This document shows positions 37,571 to 52,610 of a stretch of DNA of 64,000 nt, piece after piece (within the stretch, counting starts at the first letter, position 1; each line of letters starts with the position of its first letter). Position numbers and translations under genes: made by a program. The notes below the pieces were generated by a model. That model did no database searches. It worked only from the letters and a program-made list of their open reading frames with translations, and was not told where the DNA came from. The stretch covers positions 37,386,001 to 37,450,000 of the forward strand of contig OX597820.1 in the NCBI GenBank assembly GCA_951406725.2. Reading direction: 5' to 3'. The stretch is from Octopus vulgaris (Eukaryota).

Positions 37571-39652
37571 GAGGCTACTTTGTTAGATCACAATGAAAAC
37601 AGTGAAAGCAGTACATTTTTATATATCGTAATTGGGCCTGGACAGCAGCTTGGCAACAATATCTCCTGAATATAAATAGAAAAATCAAGTCAATTTTACA
37701 TGATTTTGTAGATATGAAGAGTATTGCACATCTTGATAAGATTATTAGAAATAAGGAAGCATGGCACATGTTGTGTAGAGAGTCCTTCAGTTTGAAAGTT
37801 GTTCCTGTAAAACAAAGGGAGGGATTATGTGCTATTTTTCTATATAAAAATTACATGCATTGGTATATTATCTATTACCTGATTGTCTGATTGCTGTTGG
37901 AGTTCTCAGTGATGATCCTAATTAATTAAAGAAGGGGAAATTTAGCTGTGGCTTTTGCTAATAGTTTAATAAAACTGTATAGAGTTAGTGTTAAGTGCCT
38001 GAAAGTTACTGATATTGCTGATATAAGTTCAATTGTGCATACTTATGATATGTAGCTAGTTGGTCAAATGACCAGGTATGATTGGTAGTTCTAGAGTTAT
38101 CACATCTCTTAACTGAAGATGTGTTGCTTATATTAACATGTAGTGGTTATGTGTATATGAAATAGCATTACAATTTGGGTGTATTGTACTCTCTCCACTG
38201 CACTATCTGAATGTCTGTAGATTTGGGTGGTAGCCATGAGGAGGTTGGCAAGGTCAGCTGGGCTCAAAAGAGATAGTTGTTACTCATGTTATTGGTGCTG
38301 TGCATGCCAGCACAGTGATTTGGGACATACATTATACCATTCCACCTGACCTGTGAAATGAAGGAAAATATTTCATCTGTCTATACTCAATCTCCTCCCT
38401 CTACCACAACCTGTCTCTCACTACAGATGATTGTAGTGGATCTTTGTCCATTTGTATTTGCTAATTCTTCATCTGCTGCTTCTCTTGCTTATTCAGTACT
38501 CTCTCATCTCTCTACCCACCCCCATTCACTGTTCTGTATGACTTGTGAAATGCAAGAAAGCATTAAATTTGTCCATATTCAATCCCTTCCTTCTACTACC
38601 ATCTGTATCTTGTTACTCCTCCTCTTCCTGAATCCCAGTGCTCGGATAACTAAGGGTTGAAGCAGATCTTTTGGTACCCATTACACCCTTTCCCCTACCC
38701 TTATCTACTGCTTTTCAGTACTCCTTCTCAGATCATACTTTTACTAACATCATCTGCTCTCTCATCAGCTAGCCTCCACCTTCTTTCCTCTCTATTGGCC
38801 TGAATTATGCAGATTGCATGAGATCTGATGGAAACTGATTCATCTCACTCTCTTTCTCCTACCAACATACATGTACTGTATGCTATGATTTGCCTTAAGG
38901 CATCTCTTTATTGATATCTCTCATTCTCTTCTCTATTGCTTTTCACCATTTACTCTCCTCCAGCTCACTTATTATGGACATCTATCATATTCTTTTAATC
39001 ATTTATTCTTACTTTGTTTATGACTGTCCTTCATTTGCTCTCCAAGCACCCACTGTAGTTATTGCCAATCATTACACCCTGCTATTACCATCACCCTGCC
39101 GTTACTATTCCTTCTCATCACTTCTAACACTGTATATCCTGTTTCTCACTCACCCTGTCTGTCACATGATCACTCTGTCTCCTCCCTTCAAATTCCTCCC
39201 CTCCCACTTTGATTCACCTTCTGCACTCACCCTCTACTCTACCTGCTGAATTGATCATGAAATTGTACTGAATGCACCACATACAGTGGGGAGGATCCCT
39301 TTTGTTTTCCAGGCTACCCAGCAACTTCACTAATGCTGCTGCTATAATAAAATGTACCTAATATGCTTTGTAATATAATTGGTGAACAAGCAGAGCCCAT
39401 ATATAGGGTTGAGAGGACCATTTAGTCCTGTTTTGCCAAGTGCATGATGAATTCTCTTGTATTGATTTCTTGATAAACTGCCCCTGAAACACTTTGTAAA
39501 GTAGTTGGTGGTAGATAAGGCATTCAGATGCAGAAACCATATTAAATAATATGTTGTGCAAGTCATGGCTCACCAATCCTCACACTATTACAACTGTCCC
39601 ATGGAATGCAGGTGTAAAATGATGAGGATGATGACAATGCACTTTTGGTATA

Positions 39653-40160
39653 CCGTAAATCCTCGAGTATAATCCGCATTTTTTTCCTAAAATTTAAAGG
39701 TCAAAATCCCTAGTGCGAACTATATACGAGGTTAAAAATGGAAAATATTTTCTAAGCAATGTCTGAGTCTCTATTTGCTGTCCGGCAATGATTATTCAGA
39801 CACATTTTGTGATGTCAGGCGCGAAAATACCTTAAGCTAAGCCTGCAATGAAGTCATAAAAGAATAATCCATAACTTGCAGTAAGCAACATTTATTAAAC
39901 ATTATTACTGTTATTTCTTTATTTTCTGCAAACAAAATGCACAAAAAAGCTACATATTTGCATTATGTTATATGTACAATAATAATAAAGGATGTTACCA
40001 TATACTTTTTTACAAACCAAGGACGTTATATAGACCTCCTTGACTCAAGTTAGAGAAGGGGTGCGTATTATACACAAGGTTTAGGTTTTTCAGAGGTACA
40101 GCCCCCTAAAAATCCCCTGCGTATTATACTCAAGGGCGAACTATACTTGAGGATTTACGG
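39653..40160. mobile_element. Tc1/mariner-superfamily (pogo/Tigger-like) MITE, 508 bp
   Basis: TIRs CCGTAAATCCTC(G/A)AGTATA, TA target duplication on both sides, and internal subterminal repeats of the GCG(A/T)A(C/T)TATA motif. Confidence 0.9.
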
Positions 40161-40552
40161 TAACTATTATTTTGGTGTATACTTTTACATGCTTAAGTTT
40201 TTCAAACTTTACAATTTTAAGATCATTTGCTTTGGGAAAGTTGAAAAAAAAGTCTCAGAATATGTTTGTTATAAAGTTATTAACTCGCAGGTATGACAGT
40301 GTAGTTAAGAAGTATATAAATTGTTGTTGTGGATCCTCTACCTCCAAAAACAAAAACAATGCATTTGAATGAAATTACTTTGTGATATTTGTTCCACCTG
40401 AGTTGCTCAAAAGCTCTTGTCCTAACCAATGACACTATTGTTCTCAAAAAATTACAGAATAAAAATGTCACCTGATTGCTTTGTTAAATATTAAGAGTTT
40501 TATCAAAACTAATTGCTCCTTAATTTTATGTTTCTCTTTATTCTTTGACCAG

Positions 40553-40784
40553 GTATGGAACTGATATGGCAAAAACAACAGAGGACACGTTATATTCAGT
40601 TGGCAACGTTGCTATGACAACTAATAATGTAACTAACTTTGGTGCGAAAGCCCTTGCCAAAAGAGTGGTGAAGGATGCTGGTAAAGCTGTCATCATAGAA
40701 CACAGTGAAAAATCCATGAGCAATCCAGGGTCAGACACTGATAGTGATGCTAAGTCACCATCCCATGAGATAACCAAAAAGTAA
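40553..40784 (+). CDS. SPART: Spartin last coding exon
   Basis: TTTGACCAG| acceptor; phase 2 completes AAG. Encodes KYGTDMAKTTEDTLYSVGNVAMTTNNVTNFGAKALAKR..., stop TAA at 40782-40784. Joined CDS is 1611 nt. Confidence 0.95.
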
Positions 40785-41385
40785 CCACTTCAGTAGCGCT
40801 TGTTTAGAATATTCAATTGTTTTAATAAGTTTTGAAAGAGAGAGAGAGAGTGAGAACTGTATATAACTAAGCACACCCGGACACACTAACACTCTCCCTC
40901 TATTTGATTCCTTTTTTCTTTCTGTTTATCTATCTTTCTATTTATTTTACAGGCCTCGTCTATTGACTGACACTAACACACAAATGTGCTTCCATATACA
41001 AAGCAGTCACCCTTTAATGCAAACACATGGACACATACATACACACACATTCAATTACTGAGATTTCTGTATGTTTTTGGTTCTTAAATTGTACCAATTA
41101 CTGGAGCTTCTATATAGCTGTTTGACTTGTTGAAAATAGCAGCCAAATCTCCCACAAATTAGACCCTATTGTCTTTAAAAATATAATAAAAGAAAAGGAC
41201 ACATTAGATAATGTAGTCCTAAACACATCAAGATGACATCATGGTTAGAATGCCTAGAATCATAATTATGCTTGATCGGGGCTTACCCAGGGCTAAAACA
41301 TCAACTGGTTTCAATGGTTCTTCTGGTGTTTTTAAAGGATCATGTTGTCATTATAATCACACACCTGTTTATATATTGGACATGC

Positions 41386-41416
<31 letters not shown>

Positions 41417-41487
41417 TGTATGTATGTATGCATGTATGTATATGTATGTATGTATGTGTGTGTGTGTATATATGTGTATATATGTGT

Positions 41488-41576
41488 ACCCTTGCTAGCA
41501 TGGAAAACGGATGTTAAACCATGATGATGATGATCATCATCATCGTTTAACATCCGCTTTCCATGCTAGCATGGGT
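41488..41576. repeat. Near-perfect hairpin formed by two tail-to-tail family-C 3' ends
   Basis: TGCTAGCATGGAAAACGGATGTTAAAC-(ATG)n|(TCA)n-GTTTAACATCCGCTTTCCATGCTAGCA. Confidence 0.9.
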
Positions 41577-41911
41577 TGGATGATTTGACTGTATATGTAT
41601 ATTTATGCTCCAACATTGCACTCGTTGTGATGGTGGAAACTAACTAGAGAACAACAAAAAAAAGGTGTTTTCTATGTGTATATTTGGGTGTGTATGTGCA
41701 TGTATGTATTTATGAATGTATATCTGGGTATGTATAAAGTACCTATCTCTATTTTATTCTTTAAATTTCCACAATAAAGAATTAGCCAGCCTCAGTCTTG
41801 GAAGCAATTCTCTTTGTTGGAATTTAGACTATGGGATTGCACCTTAAAAGAAGATGTGTAAGCCAGTTTGTTGGCTGGTTGTATCCTGTTGCATTCTGCC
41901 TAACTAATATA

Positions 41912-42115
41912 CAAGGGGGTGCTGCAAAGTTCCTGGCTTTAAGGGTATCACAAAAGGCTTGATTGCTGGCCCAACCTTCCGAGTTCTTTCACAGAGCTTA
42001 GAAAATCTGAAGGACCATTGAATCTGAGAAAGGAATATGTTGAATAAAATCATAATTAACTAATCCTCCTGTATTTTCTTTTACCCAAAGCTAGGAACTT
42101 TTCAGCACCCCCTTG
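41912..42115. mobile_element. Mariner-type MITE, 204 bp
   Basis: About 29-bp TIRs CAAGGGGGTGCTG(C/A)AAAGTTCCT(G/A)GCTTT, flanked by TA. Confidence 0.9.
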
Positions 42116-43493
42116 TATATCGTTAGTTTCACTACAGTATTACATTTATGTGGTTAGCACTAGGAATCATCATTCTGTACCTTCTTTACCAAACAAATTT
42201 ATGGTAGGACCAACACGCCACCTATTTTAACACTATCACTATCACCATTTAGCCCTTGGGTACTTTTAGCAGAGTTTATTCCCTACCAAGCATTTAGATA
42301 AAACCCTATGTTAATCATGCAGATAAAGTGGCTGGTTATTGACCACACCAGAAGAACTTTCAAAGGTCTAGGCTCTGCTCAACTTCCCTGGCTAATTTCA
42401 TATGTATGTATGTATATGTATTGGGTTGATATTATTTGAAAATGCTGCTTGGTTTAAAAACCACCTCTTGGTGGACCCTGGGTGCCTTTACTGGAGTTCA
42501 TTCTGCTATTGTCAACATTCAAACTCTTCCATTGGTTTTTCTTCCCTACCCACCACTATCTCTCCTTGCATAAAATAATCAGTCTAGTTATCAGCCACCT
42601 CAATCTCACCAGTCAGGGAAGGTGCCTGAAAAGAATGTGAGTTTGATTTCTTTGCTATAGTTTCTTAAAATAAGTTAATCAATGATATGCAAATATTTCA
42701 AATTTTTCAATGTTTAAAAAGAAACAACAGAAAAAAAAAACCACTAAAATCTTTATGATTTAATCTTTTTCATTTCTTTGCTTGGTGTTTATTATTATTT
42801 TACTTGCATTTATTTATTTATTTTTCTCTGAAGACTTTTCACTTTTATCAATTTGAAATGTCAAACTGTAAGATCTAAAACAAAAAAAATTGCAAAATTC
42901 ATAACCAAAGAAAAAACTGTAGAAATTCAAAAGAAGTAAAAAAAATATAAATAAATAACTATTTGGGTATATTTAGTGTGAAAATAGCCCCAATTTTTGG
43001 AAAATGGTTAGGAATATAACCTTAAAAAAATCATCAGTTGGTAAGATCTTTTCCTGTAGAATATATTTTTGAAGGAATTGACTAATCAACATTTGAGTAT
43101 TACAAGAATTCTCAGTTAGAAAGGAAAAGAACTTCTATTTCATTACACTACTTTTATTATTTCTAGATTTCTTATTAAGGAGCTTTTTTTGATTAAGGAG
43201 TGGAGGAAAAGGACCCATTTTACAGTCAAGAAACTCTTATGAAACCATATCAACCATTCTTTATTTTGTCTGATCTAGCTTGATCTTGTTTGTCAGGGAG
43301 CTGTTATTTGTTATTCTATATACCACATGATATGGATGCATTTATATGTGTGTGTGTGTACTACGGTCCTGTGTAGTTGAATCTGACTTCTGGTGCCTCC
43401 GTGGAATATCCACGTCCACATGGCTTTCCTGATACATTATGGAAGTAGTTTATTATTATCCTCTTCTGGAGTTCAATATATTTTCCCAGATGA

Positions 43494-43534
<41 letters not shown>

Positions 43535-45379
43535 CACAGTATAATTTGCGATACACACACTCACGCACACACTTGTGCACACACCCACTATAATTTGAGA
43601 AACTAGATTTTTCACAGAGTGCTTTGCATGCTCTATGCAGAAGTGGTGTTCCTCCTAGTGCTCTATATCAAATTAATTAATGTCATCCAGAAGTCTGATG
43701 ATTGATGTTCAGTTTTTAAGACTGGATATTATGAAACTTTAAGTGACCAGATGATTTGAGAAGTTTTGGTAATACACAAATAGGTGTGTATGTGTATATA
43801 TTTGTATATATGTATGTATATGTGTGTGTGTGTGTGCGTGTACACACATACTGTTTCAATTGTAGTTTGTTATATATTAATATTATTGATTTTTGTTACA
43901 AATGAATTTTGAAATTTCCTGAAAATCAAATTTATTTGCATTTGTTGAAAATAATTTTTGTGGGTTGGAAATGGAAAGAGTGGGCTGGTTACTTTTTCAT
44001 TAATATTATTACTATCATTATTGCTAGTGGTGTTATCAGTGTCATCCTAAACTGTGACTTTTATATATAATCTATAATTGAAAGGTGAGTGAAATAATAT
44101 TGACGATTTGATCCAATGATCAGAACTGATTGTTTGACCTGATAACTTGATCTTGTGATGTGACCTAACCTGATGTGATGATTTTCACATAAGGAATTAG
44201 TCTCATGTTGCTTTTAAAATTTCCTAGAGTCAGTTTGTAGTGGAAAATGTTTGATAGAGTGCCAACCTACTATTCAAAAGAATTGTTGAATGTTTGTATT
44301 CTATCACTTCAATTCTGTTGTTTTGTGTCCTTGGTAAAGACATTCAACAATAAATAGGACTGTTCTACTTTATTGTAAATAGATGGCATTGTGAGGTGTA
44401 GTTTATGGCTGTCAGAAAATAAGCAAGACCATTATAAAAGCTATGAGCCTTTTGTTAATTTTCAGTACTAAGTTCAGCTCATCTTCATGTTGCAAAATAT
44501 GTGAGAGCCTGGTGTTCCAATACATAGGGAGAAAAAGAAAGACAGAATTTATCTCAACTTGTTGACAGTTTAAAAACTAGTGATAACCACTGGTATACTG
44601 TGACACTTTTTGGTAAAATGACAGTGAATAAAAGGAAATATGTGATTATATATTTCCATACATATAAATGTGTGTGTGTGTGTGTGTGTGTGTGCATGCA
44701 TACATGATAGATTTCATGGTTTTTATGATTAGTATTTCAGTTGTTCAATCAACATAACTACCTGTTCATTGAATTACACTGTTAAGTGACTGAGTATTCC
44801 ACAGACAGTTGTACTCTTAACATAATCCTCACGCAGAATCAGTGTGAGAAAATGTGACTAGGCCGGACCTTTGAATTACTGATACAGTCCATCTGATGAG
44901 CTCTACTTCACTGTCACCAACAGGACTTGCTGGACAGTGGGATCAAGCCTGAGATCTCAATGATTGTGAATTGAAATTCTTAACTAATTGGTCATGCTCA
45001 GCATGGCCGTACTGCAATGCCTGAAACTAATAAAAGATATATATATATATATATGTATGTATGTACATATATATAGGAGGAATAAAATACTTTTGGCAGT
45101 GTACAGAATAGCACATTGGTAAAAAAAAATAACGAGGTTAGTCAGAAGATATGAAGGTATTGTTCCTTAGTTTATTTATGTACAAATACAGAAAGTCTCC
45201 AAATTTTTAAAGAAATGTAAAGGAATGAAATAAATAAAGTAAAATATTTATATTATTACATTTAACAGTAGAGGCACAAATATGCTCAATTGTTAAATGA
45301 AAAAAAAACTGTTAAATGTAATAATGTAAACATTGTTTCATTTCATTTTCTTTGAAAATTTGAAGACGTTTTTTTACTT

Positions 45380-45407
45380 GTATGTATATGCTGTGTATGT
45401 ATTTGTA

Positions 45408-45457
<50 letters not shown>

Positions 45458-45612
45458 CACATATACATATATGTATATATATATACACATATATATACAT
45501 ATACATATATGTATATATATATACACATATATACATATATATATACACATATATATACACATATATATACATATATATATACATGTATATATATATACAC
45601 ACACATATATAC

Positions 45613-45652
<40 letters not shown>
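45380..45652. repeat. (TA)n/(CATATA)n compound microsatellite
   Basis: Directly visible. Confidence 0.97.
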
Positions 45653-45654
<2 letters not shown>

Positions 45655-46195
45655 AATAAACTAAGGGACTATGTATATAAAATGTAAATACAAAAGCAAA
45701 TATTATTGAAGGACAAACATTGCAAGCAAGCCTGTTGTTTACTGAGCAGATGACGGGTGTGATGGTGGTGATAACTGTAGAAGTATGGGTGACAGTAGTA
45801 TCAGCAGAATAAAGCTGAAGTGGGAGGTGATCCTTCTTATCAATGTATGTACTTGATTGAGAACATACTAAACAAACAGGGCTATTTTACATTACAATCT
45901 CTATCCTGGAAACTTCCATAATAATGAAAGTTATTATTGCACTAAAGGAAAAAATAAATAAATAAAAATTTAAAAAAAACAAAAGAAAAGGAGGTTAATT
46001 GCTTTGAATATTCACTGCGAAACTAAATTTTATTTAAGATTAAAAGGATTTCTTTTTACTTGTTATTTACAAACTGCATATTTACTGGTGGTGTATGCAC
46101 TAAATAATGCAAATTTTTTCAAAGTGCCCCCCTTCCTCTTTACATAAACCATGTTGATGCCTCTTTTTCTACCTATCTATATAAATACCTCTGTA

Positions 46196-46237
<42 letters not shown>

Positions 46238-46351
46238 GTGTATGTGTGTATATATTGTATGCATACATGAATGTAGATGCACATACACATGTGGCTGACT
46301 GTCTATATATTTATAAACACATGCATACACATAATATTCCCCATCTCTCTG

Positions 46352-46385
<34 letters not shown>

Positions 46386-46759
46386 CATATTCTCTCTGTT
46401 TCAATTAGTACATAGTCAAAATTGATCAATCATTCCAAATTTAGAGGTTTATAATGCCTTCTATTCTAATTTCATTTTCCTACATTTGAAAAATATGGGT
46501 TTACATTTTTTGCTATGTGGTGCGAAACATTACCATCTGCATGTGCGTGCGTGTGTGCATAAACACACACACACACAAAAGCACGTGTATTTATTGACAC
46601 AAATACACAAGTCCTTATATAAAGACTGCCAGATGCCAGATTTATTTTTTACCTTAGCACTTACACTCCTACTGCAGAAACTCCTTCTCCCTTCTTTATA
46701 GAACAGTTTCATTTTCCTCTTATGTCCAAATCGACTTCAAACTTTTTTCTTTTTTTTTT

Positions 46760-49700
46760 TTAACAAATTGACAAAATTTTTTTCCTAGCAATACTTGTTC
46801 CGGCCCTTTATGCTCTGAGTTTAAGTTCTGCTAAGATCAACTTTGCATTTCAACCTCTCTCAGGTCAATGAAATAAAGTATCAATCAAGTACAGGGGTTG
46901 ATGGCATTGATTAATCCCATCTCCTCAAAAATTGCTGGCCTTGTACCTGAATTAGAAATGATAATTATTATTATCTTAGCCTTTGATATTGTCCTCCATG
47001 TCTTGGGCCCTTGTGCCCAATAAAAGAAATCATCATTATTATTATTATTATTGTTAAGCTGGTAAGAATCATTAGCATACTGGGCAAAATGCTTGGTAGC
47101 TTTTCCTCTGGCTCTTTATATTGAGTTCAAATGCCACCAAGGTTAACTTTGCTTTTCATCTTTAGAGGTCAATGAAATGAGTACCAGTTGAGCACTGGGG
47201 TCATTGTAATCACTCCCCTTTTCAAAATTGCTGGCATTGTGTCAAAATTAGAAACCATTATTATTATTATTATTATTATTATTAAGGCAATGAAATGCAG
47301 AATCATCTCTTCTAAGTTCAAATCCTACCAAAGTCAACTCTGCCTTTTATCTTTTTGAGATCAATAAAACAAAATATCGGTCAAGTATTAATGTTGATGC
47401 AATTGAGACTAACCTCCTCCCCTTAAAATTCCTGGCTTTGTGCCAAAATTTGAAAGAATTTTTTTTTTTATTTGTGAATGTAGTCGATGGCAAAATTGAA
47501 AGAAACTCAGAACAAATGCTTTGCATTATTTGTTCTGGCACTTTTATTTTCTGAGTTAATCCTTTTGCAGTTGATAAAATAAAGTATCAGTGAAGTGCAG
47601 GGTTTATTGAAAACCGACTAATCTTCTTTTCCCCAAGTTGCTGGTCTTATATCCAAGTTAGATTAAAACTATATTATTATTATTTATTATTTTTATTAAG
47701 GCGGCAAACTGGCAGAATTGTTAGCACACTGGGTGAAATACTTAGCGGTATTTCGTCTGTCTTTATGTTGCTCAAGTTCCACCGAGGTTGACTTTGCCTT
47801 TCATCCTTTCAAGGTCGATAAATTAAGTACCAGTTGTGTTCTGAGGTCAATCAAATCGACTGTCTCCCCCCCCCCAAAAAAAAAAAATTTCAGGCTTTGT
47901 GCCTATAGCAGGAAGGATTATTTATTATTTTTATTTATCATCATCATCATCATTATGCTAGTACATGCTAATTTAGATAGCAGGTAGTTTATCTTGAGGT
48001 TGGGTGACAACAAGTCTCCTCAAATCTCAAGAAAGTTTCTTAAGATTCTTGCAGAATACAGGATGGTACTCTTCTGCAGGTCAACAATGTGAGTTTCAAT
48101 TCCAATTTCTTTCAATCTTTTAGGTAGCATTTTGGGTGTTGTGCCAAGTGCATCTATTACTACAGGAATATTTGTTGTCAGGGCAAAACGCTTAGCAGTA
48201 TTTTACCCACCGCTACATTCTGAGTTCAAATTCCACTGAGGTCAACTTTGCCTTTCATCTTTTGGCATTGATTAAATAAGTACCAGTTACACACTGGGGT
48301 TGATGTAATCAACTTAATCCCATCTCCCAAGCTGCCTTTGTGACAAAAATTTGAAATCATCATCATCATCATTATTATTATTCTGCTGGTGGTGGTAGAT
48401 TGATGGAATCATTAAAGTATCAGACAAAATGCCTTTCGGTACTTTTTTCGTACTCTTTATGTTTTGAGCTCAAATCTCACCAAAGTTAATTTTGCCTTTC
48501 ATCATTTTTGGGGCTCAATTAAATAAAGTTACCATTCAAGTACTGGAGTTAGCTCTATCAACTATCACTCTATTCCCTTAAATGCCTATGTTACAAAAAA
48601 AAAGTTATTATAATTGTTGTCTTTTACTAAAAGAAGCGGATAGCAGAATTGGTAGAGTAACAGACTAAATGCCTTATTTAGTATTTGTGTCCTTTTATAT
48701 TTTTGTGTTCAAATCTCACTGAGAATGACTTTATTTTCCATTCTTCAGAGATTGCTTGTGTAGACACCAGTTTAGTACTGGGGTCAGTTTAATAGATTAC
48801 ACCCATCTCTCAAAATTTTTTTCCTCTTACCTATTTAAGAATTCATTATTATCGTTTCTGTAGTTGATGTAGAGGTGGTAAAGGCAGTTAGTTTTTTTGC
48901 AGAAATGGAAGATCCCTAAACTAAATGCCTTATACAGTTTAATGTCTTCTTTCTGTATCCTCAATTGAAATCCAGTTTGGGTTGACTTTGCCTTTCAGAC
49001 TTTAAGAGGGGTCAATAAAATAACTCCCAATAATATACTAGGGTTCATTTCATTCATTCATTCAATCAAGTTGTTCATTCATTCAACTATAATGACTCCC
49101 ATACGAAAAAGAAAAAGAAGAAAAAGGTCCTATGTCCAATAAAAATATTTTATTGGAGTAAATATTCTATTCAGTAGAAGTGGAAATTCCTGGCCATCAA
49201 GAATCTGTTAGATTTTCAAAACATTGAAAAATTCAGCTTATTTGGTCAATTTTGGACAGTACATCTTTTTTTTTTTCAGCATTTCTGCATTTGCATTCAG
49301 ATCTCTTCATGTAGTCTTTTTTTTTTCCTCTCAATTATTTTGTCTCATCAATTTCTTCACTTTGGTTACTTATTAATAAGGGAGTTCAGTGTCAAAGAAT
49401 CTGCTAGAATTAGCTGCCAAATTTCCCTCAACTGATTCGCACCCTACCCTCTCATCAAAAAAAAAAAAGGTATCATATTGGATTATATGAGCCTAGGTAT
49501 GAATATGAAGTATCTATCATCAAAAAAAGATAAATAAGAAAAAAAATGTGTTGGAAGGTTATGGCTTGAATGTTTCAATCACAGGTCTGCTTGAACAGAA
49601 CTGACCTGGAGCTAAAGAGCAACAACAATGGTCAATAAGCTTTGTAATATGTCCTTTCCTCTACCCATACATATTCTTTTCTACTCTAGGCACAAGGCCC

Positions 49701-52558
49701 AATATTTTTAGGGAAGGAGTCAGTTGATTAAACTGACCCCAGTACACAACTGGTACTTAAGTTATCGACCCCAAAAGGATGAAAGGCAAAGTCGACCATG
49801 GCGGAACTTGAACTCAGAGTGTAAAGACAAACGAAATACCACTCAGTATTTCGCTTGGCATGCTAACGTTTCTACTAGCTCACTGCCTCACATATTTATG
49901 TAATAATAAGAATTTGCTTGGTTCCTCTTGCTGCTTTATTTATCTCTTTTCATGCCTCAATGAGTCAGGCAGCCATCTTGGTAATCCATATATTCTGCTT
50001 TTGAATTATTTCCTAAACTCTGCCTCCTGTCTGGTGGTTTTTGTATATATAAAAAAAAATTATTCAAAGTCTGAGAACAACTTTTTGTTGACTTCTAAAT
50101 TCTTTTCATTTATCTGGTTGTATATAAGACCCATTTGTTATTGTTTCTGTTGTGAGTTATGGATTGGCTGAACCATTAGAGTATTTGGCAAAACGTTCCA
50201 ATTCTTTATTAGTGGTATTAGTTCCAGTTCTGAGTTCAAATATCACTGAAGTAAACCTTGCCTTTCATCCTTTCAGGTTGGTAAAATAAAGTACCAGTCA
50301 AGTACTGAGGTCTGTGGCATTGACAAACTTCCTCCCTTCAACATTGCTTACCTTATGTCTAAATCACAAACAATGGCAGCAAGCTTGAAGAGTTGTTAGA
50401 GCTTCAGGAAAAAGGCTTTCTGGTATTTGTTCCAACCCTTTACATTCTGGGTTCAGATCATACCAAGGTCAACTTTGTCTTTCATCTCTCCGTACCAGTC
50501 AAGTATTGGTACCAGTAGTATCAACTAATCCTCTACCCTCAAAATTTCAGGCCTTGTGCCTATAGTAGAAAGGATTATTGTTATTATTATTATTAGGGTT
50601 GTGAGCTGGCAGAAGCATTAGAATGCCGGACAAAATGCCTAGCGGCATTTCGTCTGTCTTTATGTTCTGAGTTCAGATTCTGTCAAGGTTGACTTTGCCT
50701 TTCATCCCTTCAGAGTCAGTAAAATAAGTACCAGTTGAGCACTGGGGTCAGTGTAATTGACTAACCCCTTTCCCCAATATTTCAGGCCTTGTGCCTATAG
50801 TAGAAAGGATTATTATTATTATTATTGATAAGACAGCAAGCTGGCAGAACAATTAGCATGTGGGACAAAATGCTTAGCAGCAGTTTGTCTGTCTTTATGT
50901 TCTGAATTTGAATTTCGCCAACGTCAGCTTTGCCTGTCATCATTTTGGGGTCAATAAAATAAGTACCAGCTGGGTACTAGGGTTGATGTAACTGACTGTC
51001 TCTCTACTATAGGCTTTGTGCCTATAGTAGAACGAATTATTATTATTGTTATTATTGATAAGGCAGTGAACTGGCAGAATTGATAGCACGCCAGGTGAAA
51101 TACTTAGCGGTAATTCACCTGTCACTATGTTCTGAGTTCAAATTCCACTGATGTCAACTTTGCCTTTCATCATTTTGGGGTCGATAAGTTAAGTACCAGT
51201 GAAACACTGGGGTTGTTGTGATTGACTAGTCTCCTCCCTGCAAATAGCTGCCCTTGTGGCAAAATTTGAAACCATTATTATTGATCTTGTTGAAGGTGGC
51301 GAGCTGGCAGAAATGTTAGCACGCTGGGCAAAATGCTGAGCAGTATTTCGTCTGCCGTTACGTTCTGAGTTCAAATTCCGCTGAGGTCAACTTTGCCTTT
51401 CATCCTTTCGGGGGTTGATTAAATAAGTACCAGTTACACAGGGGTCGATATAATCGACTTAATCCGTTTGTTTGTCCTCTCTGTGTTTAGCCCCTTATGG
51501 GTAGTAAAGAAAAAGGGGTTTTATATCTGTCGCTAAGTTCTGAGTTCAAATTCTGCCGAGGTCAACTTTTCCTTTCATCCTTTTGGGGTCAATAAATTAA
51601 GTTCCAGTTGAGTCCTGGGGTGATGTCATCGACAATCCCCTCCACTCCAAGTTCAGGCCTTGTGCCTATAGTAGAAATGATTATTATTGATGTTGTTGCT
51701 ATTTGCAGGGCAGTGGATTCACAGAATCATTAGAGTGTTGGACCAATAAACTTGTGAATTTTAGTTACAGACTTTTACATTCTAACTTCCAATCTCACTG
51801 ATGTCCTCTGAAGGTTGATAAAATAAGTACGAGTTAAGTACTGGTACTGATTTGATCGTCTTTCAACTAACTCTGCACACTCACAACTTTGTGGCCTTGT
51901 GCCTATGCTAGAAATCATCGTTGTCATTACTATTATATGCATTCTCATTTGTATGGTAGGACACAGCAGATGATTGCATTTCAGGACAAATTGATACTAA
52001 TATTCGTGTGTACCTATATGCCAATACATTTTGTACTGATATAACCTGATCTTTTTTACCTTAGATTTTTACTCTTCGGAATAATGCTAGTTGTTTCTAA
52101 CAAAGTACATTTTATTATTGTTTTTATTTGTTTCCTTTTTAAAAAGATTTTGTCTTCTAAGTATCCGTTTAAGTTAACAATCCATCTAAATCTGTTACAG
52201 ATTTTTCTATGAGATCCTATATAATTACTGGTATTGCATCTGTCTTCTTTACAGACTATATTGTTACAATTTTTACAATTGAGATCCTGATATTTTACAT
52301 TTTCTGTTTGCTTGTTTTTGAATTATTATTATTATTATTGAGCTGGCAGAATCATTAGCATACTGGATGAGATGCTTTGTAGCATTTTCCCAGCTCTTTA
52401 CATTCTAAGTTCAAATCCCACTGAGGTCAGCTTTGCCTTTTATCCATTCAAGGTTGATAAAATAAAATACCAGTCAAGTACTGGGGTTGATGTAATCAAC
52501 TTGGCTCCTCCCTTAAAAATTTCTGGCCTTGTACAAAATTTGAAACCATTTATTATTA

Positions 52559-52610
<52 letters not shown>

